DNA of 49,374 nucleotides, from positions 1-49,374 of the forward strand of contig CAZLNV010000002.1 in assembly GCA_964561095.1 (NCBI GenBank), written 5' to 3'. The position numbers and the translations under genes are program-made. The first letter of the stretch is position 1, and every line of letters starts with the position of its first letter. Below the pieces are notes generated by a model that had not been told where the DNA came from, searched no databases, and saw only the letters and a list, made by a program, of their open reading frames with translations. The stretch is from an uncultured Muribaculaceae bacterium. GTDB taxonomy: Bacteria > Bacillota_I > Bacilli_A > RF39 > UBA660. Positions 1-10,619 of this stretch are shown here, one piece after another.

Positions 1-322
1 TTCTAGCATTTCTACTAGTATGTTGTCCTCTTACTGGTAAACCTTTTTTATGTCTTATACCTTGATATGAACCTATTTCCATTTTAGTTTTAATGTTCAT
101 TTCAACTTCTCTTTTCAAGTCTCCAACTAAAACAAACTTTTCTACTTCACTTCTTAAAGCATTAATTTGTTCTTCTGTTAAATCTTTTACTCTAATATCT
201 TCACTTACTTTAGCAGCAGTGCAAATTTTATGAGCTCTTGAAGGACCTATACCATAGATATAAGTAAGTCCTATAACTATTCTTTTTTCCTTTGGTAAGT
301 CAATATTTTTAATTCTTGCCAT
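1..322 (-). CDS. rpsM: 30S ribosomal protein S13 (C-terminal end runs off the window start)
   Basis: Own translation from ATG at 320-322: [33 protein letters not shown]... AAGGAG RBS upstream. Follows rpmJ as in the alpha operon. Not in the ORF track because it is truncated. Confidence 0.93.
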   Translation of the reverse strand, partial: MARIKNIDLPKEKRIVIGLTYIYGIGPSRAHKICTAAKVSEDIRVKDLTEEQINALRSEVEKFVLVGDLKREVEMNIKTKMEIGSYQGIRHKKGLPVRGQHTSRNAR

Positions 323-331
323 AACTTCTCC

Positions 332-445
332 TTATCCTTGTCTTTGTTTGTGTTTAGGGTTTTCACATATAACTCTAACCACACCTTTTCTTTTAATTAT
401 TTTGCATTTATCGCAAATCTTTTTCACTGATGGTCTTACTTTCAT
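332..445 (-). CDS. rpmJ: 50S ribosomal protein L36
   Basis: Own translation: [37 protein letters not shown] (37 aa). AAGGAG RBS. Below the ORF-track size cutoff. Lies between infA and rpsM. Confidence 0.93.
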   Translation of the reverse strand: MKVRPSVKKICDKCKIIKRKGVVRVICENPKHKQRQG

Positions 446-456
446 AATCTTCTCCT

Positions 457-672
457 TTATTTCCTATAAATTATACGCCCGCGTGTTAAATCACAAATTG
501 GTATTTCCATAAGCACTTTATCACCTGGATAAATGCGAATGTTATTCATTCGTATTTTGCCAGAAACGCCGGCTATTACTACGTGCTCATTTTCTAGTTT
601 AACTTTGAATTCATAATTAGGTAATAATTCTAAAACCTTTCCTTCTAGTTCAATGTAACCTTCTTTTGCCAA
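457..672 (-). CDS. infA: translation initiation factor IF-1
   Basis: S1-like IF-1 sequence ([18 protein letters not shown]...[10 protein letters not shown]). The TTG at 670-672 gives the canonical MAKEG... N-terminus behind a GGAG. The track ORF starts 3 codons earlier at GTG 681. Confidence 0.9.
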   Translation of the reverse strand: MAKEGYIELEGKVLELLPNYEFKVKLENEHVVIAGVSGKIRMNNIRIYPGDKVLMEIPICDLTRGRIIYRK

Positions 673-677
673 CTTTC

Positions 678-1430
678 TCACTCTCCTGTTATTATTTCGT
701 AACCATCTTTGGTAACGACTATGGTATGTTCGAAATGTGCAGCCGAACTTTTATCTTCTGTTTCTATAGTCCAACCATCTTCTAACATCCAAATATTTTT
801 ATTTCTTAAACCAAACATCGGTTCAATTGCAAGTGTCATGCCACTCTTTAAAATTATGCTCTCACTTTCTTTATTGCTGTAATTAGGAATATATGGATCT
901 TCGTGAAGAACTTTTCCCACTCCGTGACCAGTCAACTCTCTAAATACTGCATAATGATGTTTCTTGGCAACACTTTCAATAGAAGTGCAAACCTCATTTA
1001 GTTTAATACCTTCTTTTATAACTTCAAGTCCTTTATACAAAGCTGTTCTAGTGTTTTCCACTAATTCTCTTTTTTCTCTTGTAGTATTTCCCACTATATA
1101 AGTATATGCTGTATCCGAATGCATTCCTTTATAGCAAACTCCTATGTCAATGGAAATGATATCTCCATTTTTAAGTATTTGCTTTTCATTTGGAATTCCA
1201 TGAACTACAACTTCATTTATACTAGCACATATACTAGCGGGATAACCTTCATATCCTAGGAATGATGGAGTAGCATCTTTCTTAGTTATATAATTATATG
1301 CATAAGTATCTAACTCTTTGGTACTTACTCCAGGACGTATTAAATCTTTCATATTCATTAAAATTTCATAAGCTATACTTCCTGCATGCTTCATTAATTT
1401 TACTTCATCATCTGATTTAATACTAATCAT
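678..1430 (-). CDS. map: methionine aminopeptidase type I
   Basis: 250 aa with typical MetAP metal-ligand blocks ([19 protein letters not shown]). Ends in TGA at 678-680. Lies between adk and infA. Confidence 0.95.
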   Translation of the reverse strand: MISIKSDDEVKLMKHAGSIAYEILMNMKDLIRPGVSTKELDTYAYNYITKKDATPSFLGYEGYPASICASINEVVVHGIPNEKQILKNGDIISIDIGVCYKGMHSDTAYTYIVGNTTREKRELVENTRTALYKGLEVIKEGIKLNEVCTSIESVAKKHHYAVFRELTGHGVGKVLHEDPYIPNYSNKESESIILKSGMTLAIEPMFGLRNKNIWMLEDGWTIETEDKSSAAHFEHTIVVTKDGYEIITGE

Positions 1431-2079
1431 TTTTAACTCCTAAAGAATTTTCTATTTCATTTAATATTATACTCATATCCCTTGTAACATCTATTTCAAT
1501 AAGTTTACCTAATTCTTTGTAATGTTGAACAACTGGAAGAGTATATTCGTTGAAAAAATTTAATCTAACTTTTAACGACTCTTCATTGTCATCATTTCTT
1601 TTAGTTAAAGGTATCTTACAATAATCACAAATCTCACCATTTTTTGGAGTACTAAACCCAGTTAATACATTATAAGTCATTTTACACTCTGGACAAATTC
1701 TTCTGCCAATTGTTCTTTTAAGAGCTGTTTCGTAGTCAACTTTTAAATATATGGCATAATCAATATCTAGATTCAATCTTTTTTGCATGCCTTCTAAAGC
1801 AACAACTTGACTCATTAACCTTGGGTAACCGTCTAATATAACACCATTTTTTATGTCTTCTTTAGATAGTCTATCCTCTATTAATTTATTAGTTATTTCG
1901 TTGCTAACTAATTTCCCTTCACTTTGAATTTGTCTAATAAGTTTACCTAATTCTGTATTTGGGTCTACTCCCCTTAAAAGTTCTCCAGCACTCACCCCAA
2001 TAAACCCATAACGTTCATGAAGTAACTGCGCTATCGTACCTTTTCCGGCAGCTGGTGCTGCTATTAATATTAAATTCAT
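1423..2079 (-). CDS. adk: adenylate kinase with Cys4 zinc lid
   Basis: P-loop AAPAAGKGT. Lid CPECK...CDYCK. Follows secY. TAG stop overlaps the map start. Confidence 0.95.
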   Translation of the reverse strand: MNLILIAAPAAGKGTIAQLLHERYGFIGVSAGELLRGVDPNTELGKLIRQIQSEGKLVSNEITNKLIEDRLSKEDIKNGVILDGYPRLMSQVVALEGMQKRLNLDIDYAIYLKVDYETALKRTIGRRICPECKMTYNVLTGFSTPKNGEICDYCKIPLTKRNDDNEESLKVRLNFFNEYTLPVVQHYKELGKLIEIDVTRDMSIILNEIENSLGVKND

Positions 2080-2085
2080 AGATTC

Positions 2086-3339
2086 CTACCTTCTTTTATT
2101 ATAACTTCTACTTGCAACAGATGACTCTAATTGCTTATATGTTTCAAGTACAACGCCAACAACAATTAATATACTAGTTCCTCCAATTTTTACTGAGCTT
2201 GGAAGGCTAGTAAACATAGTCGTTAGTATTGGTAAAGCCGCAATAATTGCTATAAATATTGCTCCTAAAAAAGTTATTCTACCAAGTACTTTAGAAATAT
2301 AATTTTTAGTCTCACTTCCAGGTCTAATACCGGGAATATATCCACCATTCTTATTTAAGTCTTTAGATAACTTATCAGGACTTAATACCATATACACATA
2401 AATATATGTAAATAATATAATTAACAACATATATATTGCAAATCCAACTGGTGTTTCAGTAGAAAAAATTGTCTTTATCACACTAAGTGCTTTTTCATTT
2501 TTTACAAAATATGTCAATGTTGATGGAACAGCTAATATAGTTGAAGCAAAGATTACAGGCATTACTCCCGCAGAATTAATTCTTAAAGGAAGATATGTTT
2601 GTTTGCCGCCATAAGAAGAAACTGTTCTATTTGAATATTGAATAGGAATTCTTCTTTCTGCTTCTTGAATATATATAACACCAACTATAATAAATATGTA
2701 TAGTAGTACAAATAAACTAAATGAAATAATTCCAACTAGTGTATTTGATGCTCCTGGGATTAACGCTTGGAATGCACTAATAAACATTGATGGTAATGTA
2801 TTAACAATACCAGCCATAATGATTAGTGATACTCCGTTTCCAATTCCTTTTTGAGTGATTTGGTCTCCCATCCAAAGTAAGAATGCTGTACCGCCTGTTA
2901 GAATAGTTGCTATTTTCAAATATTCTATAGGCTCTGCACCTTTACCCATAAACATTAATGCGTAAACAAAACCTTGTATAAAAGAAAATCCAATACCTGC
3001 ATATCTAGTAATTTTATTTATTTTAGTTCTTCCTTCTTCACCCATTTCTTTTAATTCTTTAAAATATGGTATGATATCCATTTGAAGAATTTGAATAAGA
3101 ATAGATGCACTAATGTAAGGCATAACGCCTAGGGCAAATATTGAGAATTGTTTTAAACCGCCACCGCTCATTGCGTTTAGTAATTCCAAAAATCCTAGAT
3201 CTCCGGTAATTGCTTTCATTCCTGGAACTGTTATAGCATTTCCAAGTGCAAATACTGCAAGGGCGCATAGAGTAAATCCAACTCTTTTACGTAAGTCTTT
3301 ATTAGTAGATTTAAATAATTGCTTAAATGTAGCAAACAT
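2086..3339 (-). CDS. secY: preprotein translocase subunit SecY
   Basis: 417 aa, 10-TM SecY-like sequence, at the canonical position after rplO. Confidence 0.96.
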   Translation of the reverse strand: MFATFKQLFKSTNKDLRKRVGFTLCALAVFALGNAITVPGMKAITGDLGFLELLNAMSGGGLKQFSIFALGVMPYISASILIQILQMDIIPYFKELKEMGEEGRTKINKITRYAGIGFSFIQGFVYALMFMGKGAEPIEYLKIATILTGGTAFLLWMGDQITQKGIGNGVSLIIMAGIVNTLPSMFISAFQALIPGASNTLVGIISFSLFVLLYIFIIVGVIYIQEAERRIPIQYSNRTVSSYGGKQTYLPLRINSAGVMPVIFASTILAVPSTLTYFVKNEKALSVIKTIFSTETPVGFAIYMLLIILFTYIYVYMVLSPDKLSKDLNKNGGYIPGIRPGSETKNYISKVLGRITFLGAIFIAIIAALPILTTMFTSLPSSVKIGGTSILIVVGVVLETYKQLESSVASRSYNKRR

Positions 3340-3340
3340 T

Positions 3341-3784
3341 TTAAATCACCTCTGCTTTCCCGCCTAACTCTTCAATTTTGTTGATAGCACTATTAGTGAA
3401 AACGTTAGCTTTTACAGTTAATTTCTTTTCTAATTTACCATTCCCCAAAATTTTTATTCCTTTTAATTCTTTGTTTATTAACTTCTTTTCTTTTAGTAAT
3501 TCAGGTGTAACAACTGTACCTTCATCAAAAACATTTAATTCTGATACATTAACAATTGCATATCTTATAGTAAACCTTTTATTACTAAATCCTCTTCTTG
3601 GTAATCTTTTATATAATGGATTTTGTCCACCTTCAAACCAAGCTGGGATATGTGCTCCTGAACGAGCTTTTTGTCCTTTTTCACCACGACATGAAGTTTT
3701 TCCATGTCCTGAACCTGGACCTCTACCTACTGTTTTTCTTCTATGAGTAGATCCAGGATTATTTACTAATTCATTTAATTTCAT
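3341..3784 (-). CDS. rplO: 50S ribosomal protein L15
   Basis: 147 aa with a Gly/Arg-rich N-terminus (GRGPGSGHGKTSCRGEKGQKARSG). Confidence 0.96.
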   Translation of the reverse strand: MKLNELVNNPGSTHRRKTVGRGPGSGHGKTSCRGEKGQKARSGAHIPAWFEGGQNPLYKRLPRRGFSNKRFTIRYAIVNVSELNVFDEGTVVTPELLKEKKLINKELKGIKILGNGKLEKKLTVKANVFTNSAINKIEELGGKAEVI

Positions 3785-4302
3785 TATCCTTTAATCTCCT
3801 CTTCTTTTTTACCACGTAACATAGCTAAATGTGCAACACTTTTTTGTTTTCTTAGTGCATCCATTGTAGCACGTGATGTGTTAATTTGTGTGTTACTTCC
3901 TAATGATTTAGAAACTACATCTTTAACTCCCGCTAATTCAAGAATAATTCTAACTGGTCCTCCAGCAATTATTCCTCTACCTTCTTTAGCAGGTCTAATT
4001 AATACTTTTGCAGCTCCACATACACCAATAACTTCGTGAGAAATTGTTCTATCATCAACTAAAGTAACATTTATCATATTCTTTTCTGCAGCTTTGATAG
4101 CTTTTGTAACTGCTTCTGGTATTTCATTTGATTTACCTGTTCCAATTCCAACTTTTCCTTTTCTATCTCCTACTGCAACAGTAGCCGAAAATCTAAAATT
4201 TCTACCACCTTTAGTAACTTTAGTTACACGTCCTATAGAAATAATTTTATCTTCATATAATTTCTTAGGTTCTTCTCTTTTTTCAAATCTTTTGTTTTCC
4301 AT
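3784..4302 (-). CDS. rpsE: 30S ribosomal protein S5
   Basis: 172 aa S5 sequence. Its TAA stop overlaps the rplO ATG (TAATG), so no L30 gene fits between them. Confidence 0.96.
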   Translation of the reverse strand: MENKRFEKREEPKKLYEDKIISIGRVTKVTKGGRNFRFSATVAVGDRKGKVGIGTGKSNEIPEAVTKAIKAAEKNMINVTLVDDRTISHEVIGVCGAAKVLIRPAKEGRGIIAGGPVRIILELAGVKDVVSKSLGSNTQINTSRATMDALRKQKSVAHLAMLRGKKEEEIKG

Positions 4303-4655
4303 TAGAATTCTAATCCTTTCTCGCGTGCAGATTCTGCTAAAGCCTTAACAGCGCCATGATATAAATATCCGCCTCTGTCAAATACTACAGTTTTAATTTT
4401 TAATTTTAGTGCTTTATCAGCAATAGATGCTCCTATTTTTTTGGCATTTTCAATATTACTGCCTTTAAGACCTAATTCTCTACCAGAAGCACTTGCTAAA
4501 GTAATACCTTCTTCATCATCAATTAATTGAACATAAAAATCAACATTACTTTTAAATACATTTAATCTTGGAATAGAACTAGTTCCATGAATAGTTTTTC
4601 TAATTCTTGCATGTCTTGCTTCACGAGCAACACTTCTTGACTCTTTTTTTATCAT
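4302..4655 (-). CDS. rplR: 50S ribosomal protein L18
   Basis: 117 aa L18 sequence, in spc operon order. Confidence 0.96.
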   Translation of the reverse strand: MIKKESRSVAREARHARIRKTIHGTSSIPRLNVFKSNVDFYVQLIDDEEGITLASASGRELGLKGSNIENAKKIGASIADKALKLKIKTVVFDRGGYLYHGAVKALAESAREKGLEF

Positions 4656-4666
4656 AATTACCCTCC

Positions 4667-5203
4667 TTACGCAGCTTTCTTTCCTTCTTTACGACGAATA
4701 AATTCATCTTTATATTTGATACCTTTACCTTTATATGGCTCTGGTCCTCTTACTTTTCTTACATTAGCAGCAAATTCACCTACTACTTGTTTGTCAATTC
4801 CACTTATTGTAAGTTCTGTGTTTGAAGGAGCTTCTAATTTTAATCCTGTAGGAATATCAAGTGTAACAGGATGAGAATATCCTGCATTAATTACAAGTTT
4901 ATTTCCTTGAACATTAAACTTATAACCAACTCCATTAATTTCCAAATCTTTTTTAAAACCAATGCTTACTCCATCAATCATATTTTTAATTATTGAATTG
5001 GTAGTTCCATGCAACTGTTTTGAAGTTTTAGCTTCATCTTTTCTAGTTACAATTACCTTATTTTCTTTAATTTCTACATTGACTGCATTTTTAAATTCAA
5101 ATGTAAGAGTTCCTCCCTTTCCTGTAACTGTTACTAAGTTACCTTCAACGGTAACTGTTACACCTTCAGGTATAATAAGTTCTCTATTTCCAATACGACT
5201 CAT
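4667..5203 (-). CDS. rplF: 50S ribosomal protein L6
   Basis: L6 sequence starting MSRIGNRELIIPEGV at ATG 5201-5203, behind a GAGGAG RBS. The longer track ORF to 5248 overlaps rpsH and lacks an RBS. Confidence 0.95.
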   Translation of the reverse strand: MSRIGNRELIIPEGVTVTVEGNLVTVTGKGGTLTFEFKNAVNVEIKENKVIVTRKDEAKTSKQLHGTTNSIIKNMIDGVSIGFKKDLEINGVGYKFNVQGNKLVINAGYSHPVTLDIPTGLKLEAPSNTELTISGIDKQVVGEFAANVRKVRGPEPYKGKGIKYKDEFIRRKEGKKAA

Positions 5204-5216
5204 ATAAATTCTCCTC

Positions 5217-5615
5217 TTACCATATATACAAAAGCACTTCGCCGCCAAGAGACTTACCTCTTGCTTCTTTGTCTGTCATTAAACCTTCTGGTGTAGAAAT
5301 AACTGCTGTTCCTAAACCATTGATTACCCTAGGCAATTCATTTGCTTTTGTATAAACACGTAACCCTGGTTTACTAATTCTTTTTAAACCAGTAATTACT
5401 CTTTCTTTAGATTTTGTATATTTCAAATTTAATACAAGCATTTCACCATTTCCAGATTCTTCACTTGTACTGAATCCATCAATATATCCTTCTTTTACAA
5501 ATATCTCAGCGATACCCCTAGTCAATTTTGTAGATGGTACTTCCACTGTTTTGTATTTCATAGCATTTGCATTACGAATTCTAGTAAGCATATCTGCTAC
5601 TGTATCATTTACCAT
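5217..5615 (-). CDS. rpsH: 30S ribosomal protein S8
   Basis: 132 aa S8 sequence (DMLTRIRNA...). Confidence 0.96.
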   Translation of the reverse strand: MVNDTVADMLTRIRNANAMKYKTVEVPSTKLTRGIAEIFVKEGYIDGFSTSEESGNGEMLVLNLKYTKSKERVITGLKRISKPGLRVYTKANELPRVINGLGTAVISTPEGLMTDKEARGKSLGGEVLLYIW

Positions 5616-5890
5616 GATTGGCCTCCCTTCTTAAAAACCTCTCGTTTTAATACTATTTTTTTATTATTTTTTTCAGATACTTTTAATGCTTCTTGGCATT
5701 TTGTTAGCTCTGATAAAATATCTTCTTTGTACTCTAATAATTCTGCTAATTCTTCATTATAGTTTTCACTACTCAATGTGTCTTTTTCCCCTTCTAATTC
5801 TTTTTCCTCAGTTTCAATACATGAGAGAAGATAAGATTGAGTTTTTAACTTACATTGTAGTGAACCTTCGAGTAACATAATTGAGTTCAC
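5609..5890 (-). CDS. hypothetical acidic, probably helical protein embedded in the spc operon
   Basis: 93-codon open frame on the operon strand in stop-rich AT-rich DNA. GTG start at 5888-5890 lies 9 nt after an AGGAG that overlaps the rpsZ stop. The 3' end overlaps the rpsH start by 7 nt. No family recognised. Confidence 0.6.
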   Translation of the reverse strand: MNSIMLLEGSLQCKLKTQSYLLSCIETEEKELEGEKDTLSSENYNEELAELLEYKEDILSELTKCQEALKVSEKNNKKIVLKREVFKKGGQSW

Positions 5891-5902
5891 TTTTGTTCAC
5901 TC

Positions 5903-6088
5903 CTACCAACTTGATTTTTTTACGCCAGGAATTTGACCTTTATTTGCTAATTCTCTAAAGCAGATACGACATAAACCAAATTTTCTTAAAACACCATGTG
6001 GTCTTCCACATCTTTCACATCTTGTATAATTTCTAGCTTTAAACTTAGAACCATTCTTCCAGCTTACTATTTTACTTTTCTTTGCCAT
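5903..6088 (-). CDS. rpsZ: 30S ribosomal protein S14 type Z (zinc-binding)
   Basis: 61 aa with [20 protein letters not shown] (CxxC...CxxC). Confidence 0.96.
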   Translation of the reverse strand: MAKKSKIVSWKNGSKFKARNYTRCERCGRPHGVLRKFGLCRICFRELANKGQIPGVKKSSW

Positions 6089-6097
6089 AATATCTCC

Positions 6098-6637
6098 TTA
6101 CTTTCTAAAAGGTAATCCAAACCCTGTTAATAACGCTAATGCTTCTTCATTAGTTTTAGCTGTTGTTACAATAACAACGTCTAATCCACGAGTCTTAATA
6201 ACATTATCATATTCTACTTCAGGGAATACAAGTTGTTCTTTGATTCCTAAAGTATAATTTCCTCTTCCATCAAATGATCCTTTAGATATTCCTCTAAAAT
6301 CTCTTACACGAGGAAGAGCTATTTTTACAAGCTTTTCTAAGAAGTTATACATATTATCTCCTCTTAGAGTAACTTTGCAACCTATTTTATTTCCTTCTCT
6401 TAATTTAAATCCAGCAATTGATTTTTTTGCTTTAGTTATAACAGGCTTTTGTCCTGCAATTACTTCTAATTCCTTAACAGCTGCTTCTAGATATTTTGAA
6501 TCTGCTAATGCATCTCCTACGCCCATATTAAGAACGATTTTTTCCAATCTAGGAACTTGTAAATTAGAAGTATAACTAAATTCTTTCTTTAAACTAGGAA
6601 GAATTTCTTTAGTATATAATTCTTTTAATGTTTCCAT
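6098..6637 (-). CDS. rplE: 50S ribosomal protein L5
   Basis: 179 aa L5 sequence, in spc order. Confidence 0.96.
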   Translation of the reverse strand: METLKELYTKEILPSLKKEFSYTSNLQVPRLEKIVLNMGVGDALADSKYLEAAVKELEVIAGQKPVITKAKKSIAGFKLREGNKIGCKVTLRGDNMYNFLEKLVKIALPRVRDFRGISKGSFDGRGNYTLGIKEQLVFPEVEYDNVIKTRGLDVVIVTTAKTNEEALALLTGFGLPFRK

Positions 6638-6644
6638 AATTCAC

Positions 6645-6920
6645 CTACTTTTTACTTTCTTCTTTTTTAGTAGTTTTTTTCACTGTTTTCTTTTCTAATT
6701 TTTTGTCCATAACTTTTACATTAGAAATATGAATTGGAGCTTCTATTTCAAGAATTCCACCAGTTTCATTGTTAGCTGAAGGTTTAACATGCTTTTTAAT
6801 AATGTTAACTTTGTCAATTATAACTCTGTTCTCACTTCTTAAAATTTGCAATACTTTTCCTTCTTTTCCTTTATTACTACCTGACATTACTTTTACCATG
6901 TCTCCAACTTTGATTTTCAT
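6645..6920 (-). CDS. rplX: 50S ribosomal protein L24
   Basis: 91 aa with a KOW motif (GDMVKVMSGSNKGKEGKV) and a Lys-rich tail. Confidence 0.95.
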   Translation of the reverse strand: MKIKVGDMVKVMSGSNKGKEGKVLQILRSENRVIIDKVNIIKKHVKPSANNETGGILEIEAPIHISNVKVMDKKLEKKTVKKTTKKEESKK

Positions 6921-6931
6921 GATTTAGCCTC

Positions 6932-7300
6932 CTATAATACTTCTGATGCTAGTGAAACAATTTTCATGTAATTCTTATCACGAAGTTCACGAGCAACGGG
7001 CCCTAAGACACGAGTTCCTACCGGACTATTATCATCTTTAATTAATACGCAAGCATTATCTTCAAATTTGATAAAACTTCCATCTTTTCTTTTTGTCCCT
7101 TGTACTGTTCTTACTATAACAGCTTTTACTACTTTTCCTTTTTCAATAGTGCCGTTTGGTAATGCTTTCTTAACTGTTCCAACTACTACATCTCCAATAT
7201 TACCAGTTTTAACTTTTGAACCACCTAATACTCTTATTACAAGTAATTCACGTGCTCCAGAGTTATCGGCTACTTTTAAACGACTTTCTGGTTGTATCAT
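6932..7300 (-). CDS. rplN: 50S ribosomal protein L14
   Basis: 122 aa, [27 protein letters not shown]. Confidence 0.97.
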   Translation of the reverse strand: MIQPESRLKVADNSGARELLVIRVLGGSKVKTGNIGDVVVGTVKKALPNGTIEKGKVVKAVIVRTVQGTKRKDGSFIKFEDNACVLIKDDNSPVGTRVLGPVARELRDKNYMKIVSLASEVL

Positions 7301-7314
7301 TCTTTATGCCCTCC

Positions 7315-7575
7315 TTAATCCACAATAACGGCTTTTTCAATAACTTTATTTAATATATATCTTTTAGTTTTTGAAATTGGTTTAGAAAAAATAACGCTTA
7401 CTGTATCTCCTAAACCTGCCTTATTCTCTTCATCATGTACTGCATATTTTTTAGTACTTTTTACTCTTTTACCATATAATGGGTGTTTTTTGTAAGTTAT
7501 TACTTCAATAGTAATAGTCTTATCACATTTGTTACTTACAACTTTACCTATAAGTTCTTGTTTTGCTTTTTCCAT
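7315..7575 (-). CDS. rpsQ: 30S ribosomal protein S17
   Basis: 86 aa S17 sequence, in S10 operon order. Confidence 0.95.
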   Translation of the reverse strand: MEKAKQELIGKVVSNKCDKTITIEVITYKKHPLYGKRVKSTKKYAVHDEENKAGLGDTVSVIFSKPISKTKRYILNKVIEKAVIVD

Positions 7576-7582
7576 AATTCAC

Positions 7583-7786
7583 CTACTTTTTTAACCCTTC
7601 TAATTCACGTTCTCTTAAAACTGTTTTTAATCTTGCTACATCATGTCTTAACATAGATACTCTATGAGGTTTTTCTAATGAGCCAGTAGACGCAGCAAAT
7701 CTTAAGTTAAACAATTCTACTTTTAATTCTTCAATTTTTTTATTAATTTCTGCATCTGTCATTTTCTTGATATCTTCCATCTTCAT
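7583..7786 (-). CDS. rpmC: 50S ribosomal protein L29
   Basis: 67 aa L29 sequence. Confidence 0.95.
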   Translation of the reverse strand: MKMEDIKKMTDAEINKKIEELKVELFNLRFAASTGSLEKPHRVSMLRHDVARLKTVLRERELEGLKK

Positions 7787-8211
7787 TATTCAGATACCTC
7801 ACTTTTCATAACAAATTTTGTTTTAATTGGTAATTTATGACCAGCTAATCTAAAAGCTTCTCTTGCAATTTCTTCAGTAACATCTGTCATTTCAAACATA
7901 ATCTTACCAGCTTTTACTACTGCTACCCATTCTTCTACATTACCTTTTCCACTTCCCATACGTACTTCAGCAGGCTTCTTAGTTCTTGCTAAATGTGGGA
8001 ATATATTGATAAATACTCTTCCTCTTTTAAATTCTTTCATGTGTCTAGTCATAGCAATACGAGCAGCTTCTATTTGTCTTGCTGTAATGTATGAACCTTC
8101 TTTAGCCATAAGTCCAAATTCACCTTTAGTTAAAGTAATATTACCTTTGGCTTTACCTTCATAGCTTACTCTATGAGGCTTACGATATTTAGTTCTTTTT
8201 GGTATCAACAT
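7786..8211 (-). CDS. rplP: 50S ribosomal protein L16
   Basis: 141 aa, [14 protein letters not shown]... Confidence 0.97.
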   Translation of the reverse strand: MLIPKRTKYRKPHRVSYEGKAKGNITLTKGEFGLMAKEGSYITARQIEAARIAMTRHMKEFKRGRVFINIFPHLARTKKPAEVRMGSGKGNVEEWVAVVKAGKIMFEMTDVTEEIAREAFRLAGHKLPIKTKFVMKSEVSE

Positions 8212-8866
8212 TTTCCATACCTCCGTTTTTCTTCTTAGCAGGTAGTATTTCTCCTTTATAGATCCATACTTTTACGCCAATTTTACCATAAATAGTATCA
8301 GCTTCTTTATGTGCATAATCGATATCTGCTCTTAATGTATGTAGAGGAACTGTTCCTTCACTTTTTACTTCGCTTCTAGCAATTTCTGCTCCATTAAGTC
8401 TACCTGAAACTAAAATTTTAATTCCTTTAGCTCCTGCTTTCATAGCGTTTCTTATAGCTCTTTTTTGTGCTGAACGATAAGAAGCCCTATTTTGTATTTG
8501 CATTGCAATAGATTCTGCAACTAACGCTACATTAGTATCTATTCCTTTGATTTCAACTATTGATAAATATATTTCTTCATTAGTTAATTTCTTTAAATTA
8601 TTCTTATGCTTTTCAATATCCGCTCCACCACGTCCAATTATTATACCTGGTTTAGCAGTATTAATTATAATATTTGTTCTTTTCTTATTTCTTTCAATAA
8701 CTACACTAGCAACAGAACATCCTTTTAAACATTTTCCTAAATACTCTCTAATTTTAATATCAGTTTGTAAGTATTTTTTAAAATCTTTATTAGGAGCATA
8801 CCATTTTGACTCCCAATCTTTATTGATGCCTACTCTTAGTCCTATTGGATTAACTTTTTGTCCCAT
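8189..8866 (-). CDS. rpsC: 30S ribosomal protein S3
   Basis: 225 aa, [24 protein letters not shown]. The 3' end overlaps rplP by 23 nt. Confidence 0.96.
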   Translation of the reverse strand: MGQKVNPIGLRVGINKDWESKWYAPNKDFKKYLQTDIKIREYLGKCLKGCSVASVVIERNKKRTNIIINTAKPGIIIGRGGADIEKHKNNLKKLTNEEIYLSIVEIKGIDTNVALVAESIAMQIQNRASYRSAQKRAIRNAMKAGAKGIKILVSGRLNGAEIARSEVKSEGTVPLHTLRADIDYAHKEADTIYGKIGVKVWIYKGEILPAKKKNGGMENVDTKKN

Positions 8867-9210
8867 TATTTGTCCTCCTTCATATCAGATACTTTTACGT
8901 ATATATGGCTTGTTCTTTTAAATCTTTTATCCACTCTTGAACGAGAACCAATTTTAAACCTTTTTAATGTAGCTCCCTCACTGATATAAGTTTCGCTTAC
9001 AACTAAATCTTTCTTATCCATTTCTAAATTGTTAACAGCATTTGCAACTGCACTATCTAGAACTTTTTTAATTAGGCGACTAGCTTTAGTATTTGTAGTT
9101 AATAATATTTTTTCTGCAGTAGCTACATTTTTACCTCTAATTAAGTCAAGAGTCATTCTTGCTTTAAGAGGTGCTATCATAGCTCCTTTATGCAAACTAT
9201 ATGTTTCCAT
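8866..9210 (-). CDS. rplV: 50S ribosomal protein L22
   Basis: 114 aa L22 sequence. Confidence 0.95.
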   Translation of the reverse strand: METYSLHKGAMIAPLKARMTLDLIRGKNVATAEKILLTTNTKASRLIKKVLDSAVANAVNNLEMDKKDLVVSETYISEGATLKRFKIGSRSRVDKRFKRTSHIYVKVSDMKEDK

Positions 9211-9221
9211 TTCTAATCCTC

Positions 9222-9491
9222 CTATTTCCCGTCATTTCCAGCATGTCCTGTAAATTTACGAGTAGCTGAAAATTCTCCAAGTTTGTGTCCTACCATATCT
9301 TCAGTTACATATACTGGAATAAATTCTTTCCCATTATGTACTGCTAATGTGTGTCCTACAAAATCCGGATAAATTGTTGAACGACGAGAATATGTTTTAA
9401 CAACTTCTTTTTTGCCTATTTCATTTAATGTTCTTATTCTTTTAAGTAATCTATCAAATACATAAGCACCTTTTTTTAAACTTCTTGCCAT
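9222..9491 (-). CDS. rpsS: 30S ribosomal protein S19
   Basis: 89 aa, [11 protein letters not shown]...[23 protein letters not shown]. Confidence 0.97.
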   Translation of the reverse strand: MARSLKKGAYVFDRLLKRIRTLNEIGKKEVVKTYSRRSTIYPDFVGHTLAVHNGKEFIPVYVTEDMVGHKLGEFSATRKFTGHAGNDGK

Positions 9492-9502
9492 TGTTTCACT
9501 CC

Positions 9503-10333
9503 TTATTTCTTCCTACGAGAAACAATTAATTTCTCAGAAGCTTTCTTTGATTTTCTTGTCTTATATCCTAGTGCTGGTTTACCCCAAGGTGTCATTGGTG
9601 ATTTACGTCCTACTGGAGCTTTACCTTCACCACCACCATGTGGGTGATCATTAGGGTTCATAACAGAACCACGTACTGTTGGTCTAACTCCCATATGTCT
9701 TTTTCTTCCAGCTTTTCCTAGATTTACTAATTCATAATCAGTATTTCCAACTTCTCCAATAGTAGCTCTGCAATTTCCTAAGAACTTTCTTGTTTCACCA
9801 CTTTTAAGTCTTAACAATACATATTTGTCTTCTCTTCCAAGAATTTGAGCACTTGCTCCAGCACTTCTAGCTAAAGAAGCACCTGCTCCTGGATTAAGTT
9901 CAATATTATGTACAACAGTACCTACTGGGATATTGATTAGCGGTAGCGCATTTCCAACTTTAATATCAGCATGTTCTCCGCTTTCAATTACATCTCCAAC
10001 TTTTAAATTAAGTGGAGCAATTATATATTTTTTTTCTCCATCAGCATAATTAATTAATGCGATGTTTGCACTTCTATTTGGATCATATTCAATAGTGGCT
10101 ACTATGCCGTTAATACCATCTTTATTTCTTTTGAAATCTATTACACGATATTTTCTTTTAACTCCGCCACCAATATGTCTAACAGTTATTCTACCTTGAT
10201 TATTACGTCCTCCGGTTTTACTTATTTTTTTTAATAAGCTTTTTTCAGGAGTAGATGTAGTTATTTCTTTATTAACCAAAGTACTCATATTTCTTTGACC
10301 ATTTGTTATTGGTTTATAATTCTTTATTGGCAT
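9503..10333 (-). CDS. rplB: 50S ribosomal protein L2
   Basis: 276 aa with [14 protein letters not shown]. Confidence 0.97.
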   Translation of the reverse strand: MPIKNYKPITNGQRNMSTLVNKEITTSTPEKSLLKKISKTGGRNNQGRITVRHIGGGVKRKYRVIDFKRNKDGINGIVATIEYDPNRSANIALINYADGEKKYIIAPLNLKVGDVIESGEHADIKVGNALPLINIPVGTVVHNIELNPGAGASLARSAGASAQILGREDKYVLLRLKSGETRKFLGNCRATIGEVGNTDYELVNLGKAGRKRHMGVRPTVRGSVMNPNDHPHGGGEGKAPVGRKSPMTPWGKPALGYKTRKSKKASEKLIVSRRKK

Positions 10334-10349
10334 TTTTATCTCCTCCTAA

Positions 10350-10619
10350 CTAAAATTCTATTTTAGAACCTTCCATTAATTTTACATATGCTTTCTTATA
10401 TGCATTTGTTCTTCCAGAGTATTTTCCAACTCTTTTTTTCTTGGTTACTACATTTAATGTATTAATGCTTTTAACTTTAACTCCAAACTTTTTTTCAACT
10501 ACTTGTTTAATTTGAGTTTTATTAGCTTTGCTGTCAACCTTAAATACATATACATTTTCACTTGCTAATTCTTGTGATTTTTCTGTAATAACTGGTGCTT
10601 TTAAGATATCATAATTCAT
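10350..10619 (-). CDS. rplW: 50S ribosomal protein L23
   Basis: 89 aa L23 sequence. Confidence 0.95.
   Translation of the reverse strand: MNYDILKAPVITEKSQELASENVYVFKVDSKANKTQIKQVVEKKFGVKVKSINTLNVVTKKKRVGKYSGRTNAYKKAYVKLMEGSKIEF

Noticed and set aside
5204-5248. N-terminal extensions offered by the ORF track for rplF. The same issue applies to uppS (14594-14659), the acyltransferase (18968-18994), the HExxH protein (30414-30461), the kinase-like gene (38215-38232), whiA (39819-39887) and the HD protein (46209-46223).
   Set aside because: In each case an internal ATG is preceded by a good Shine-Dalgarno sequence and gives the family-typical N-terminus. The extensions overlap upstream genes or lack an RBS.
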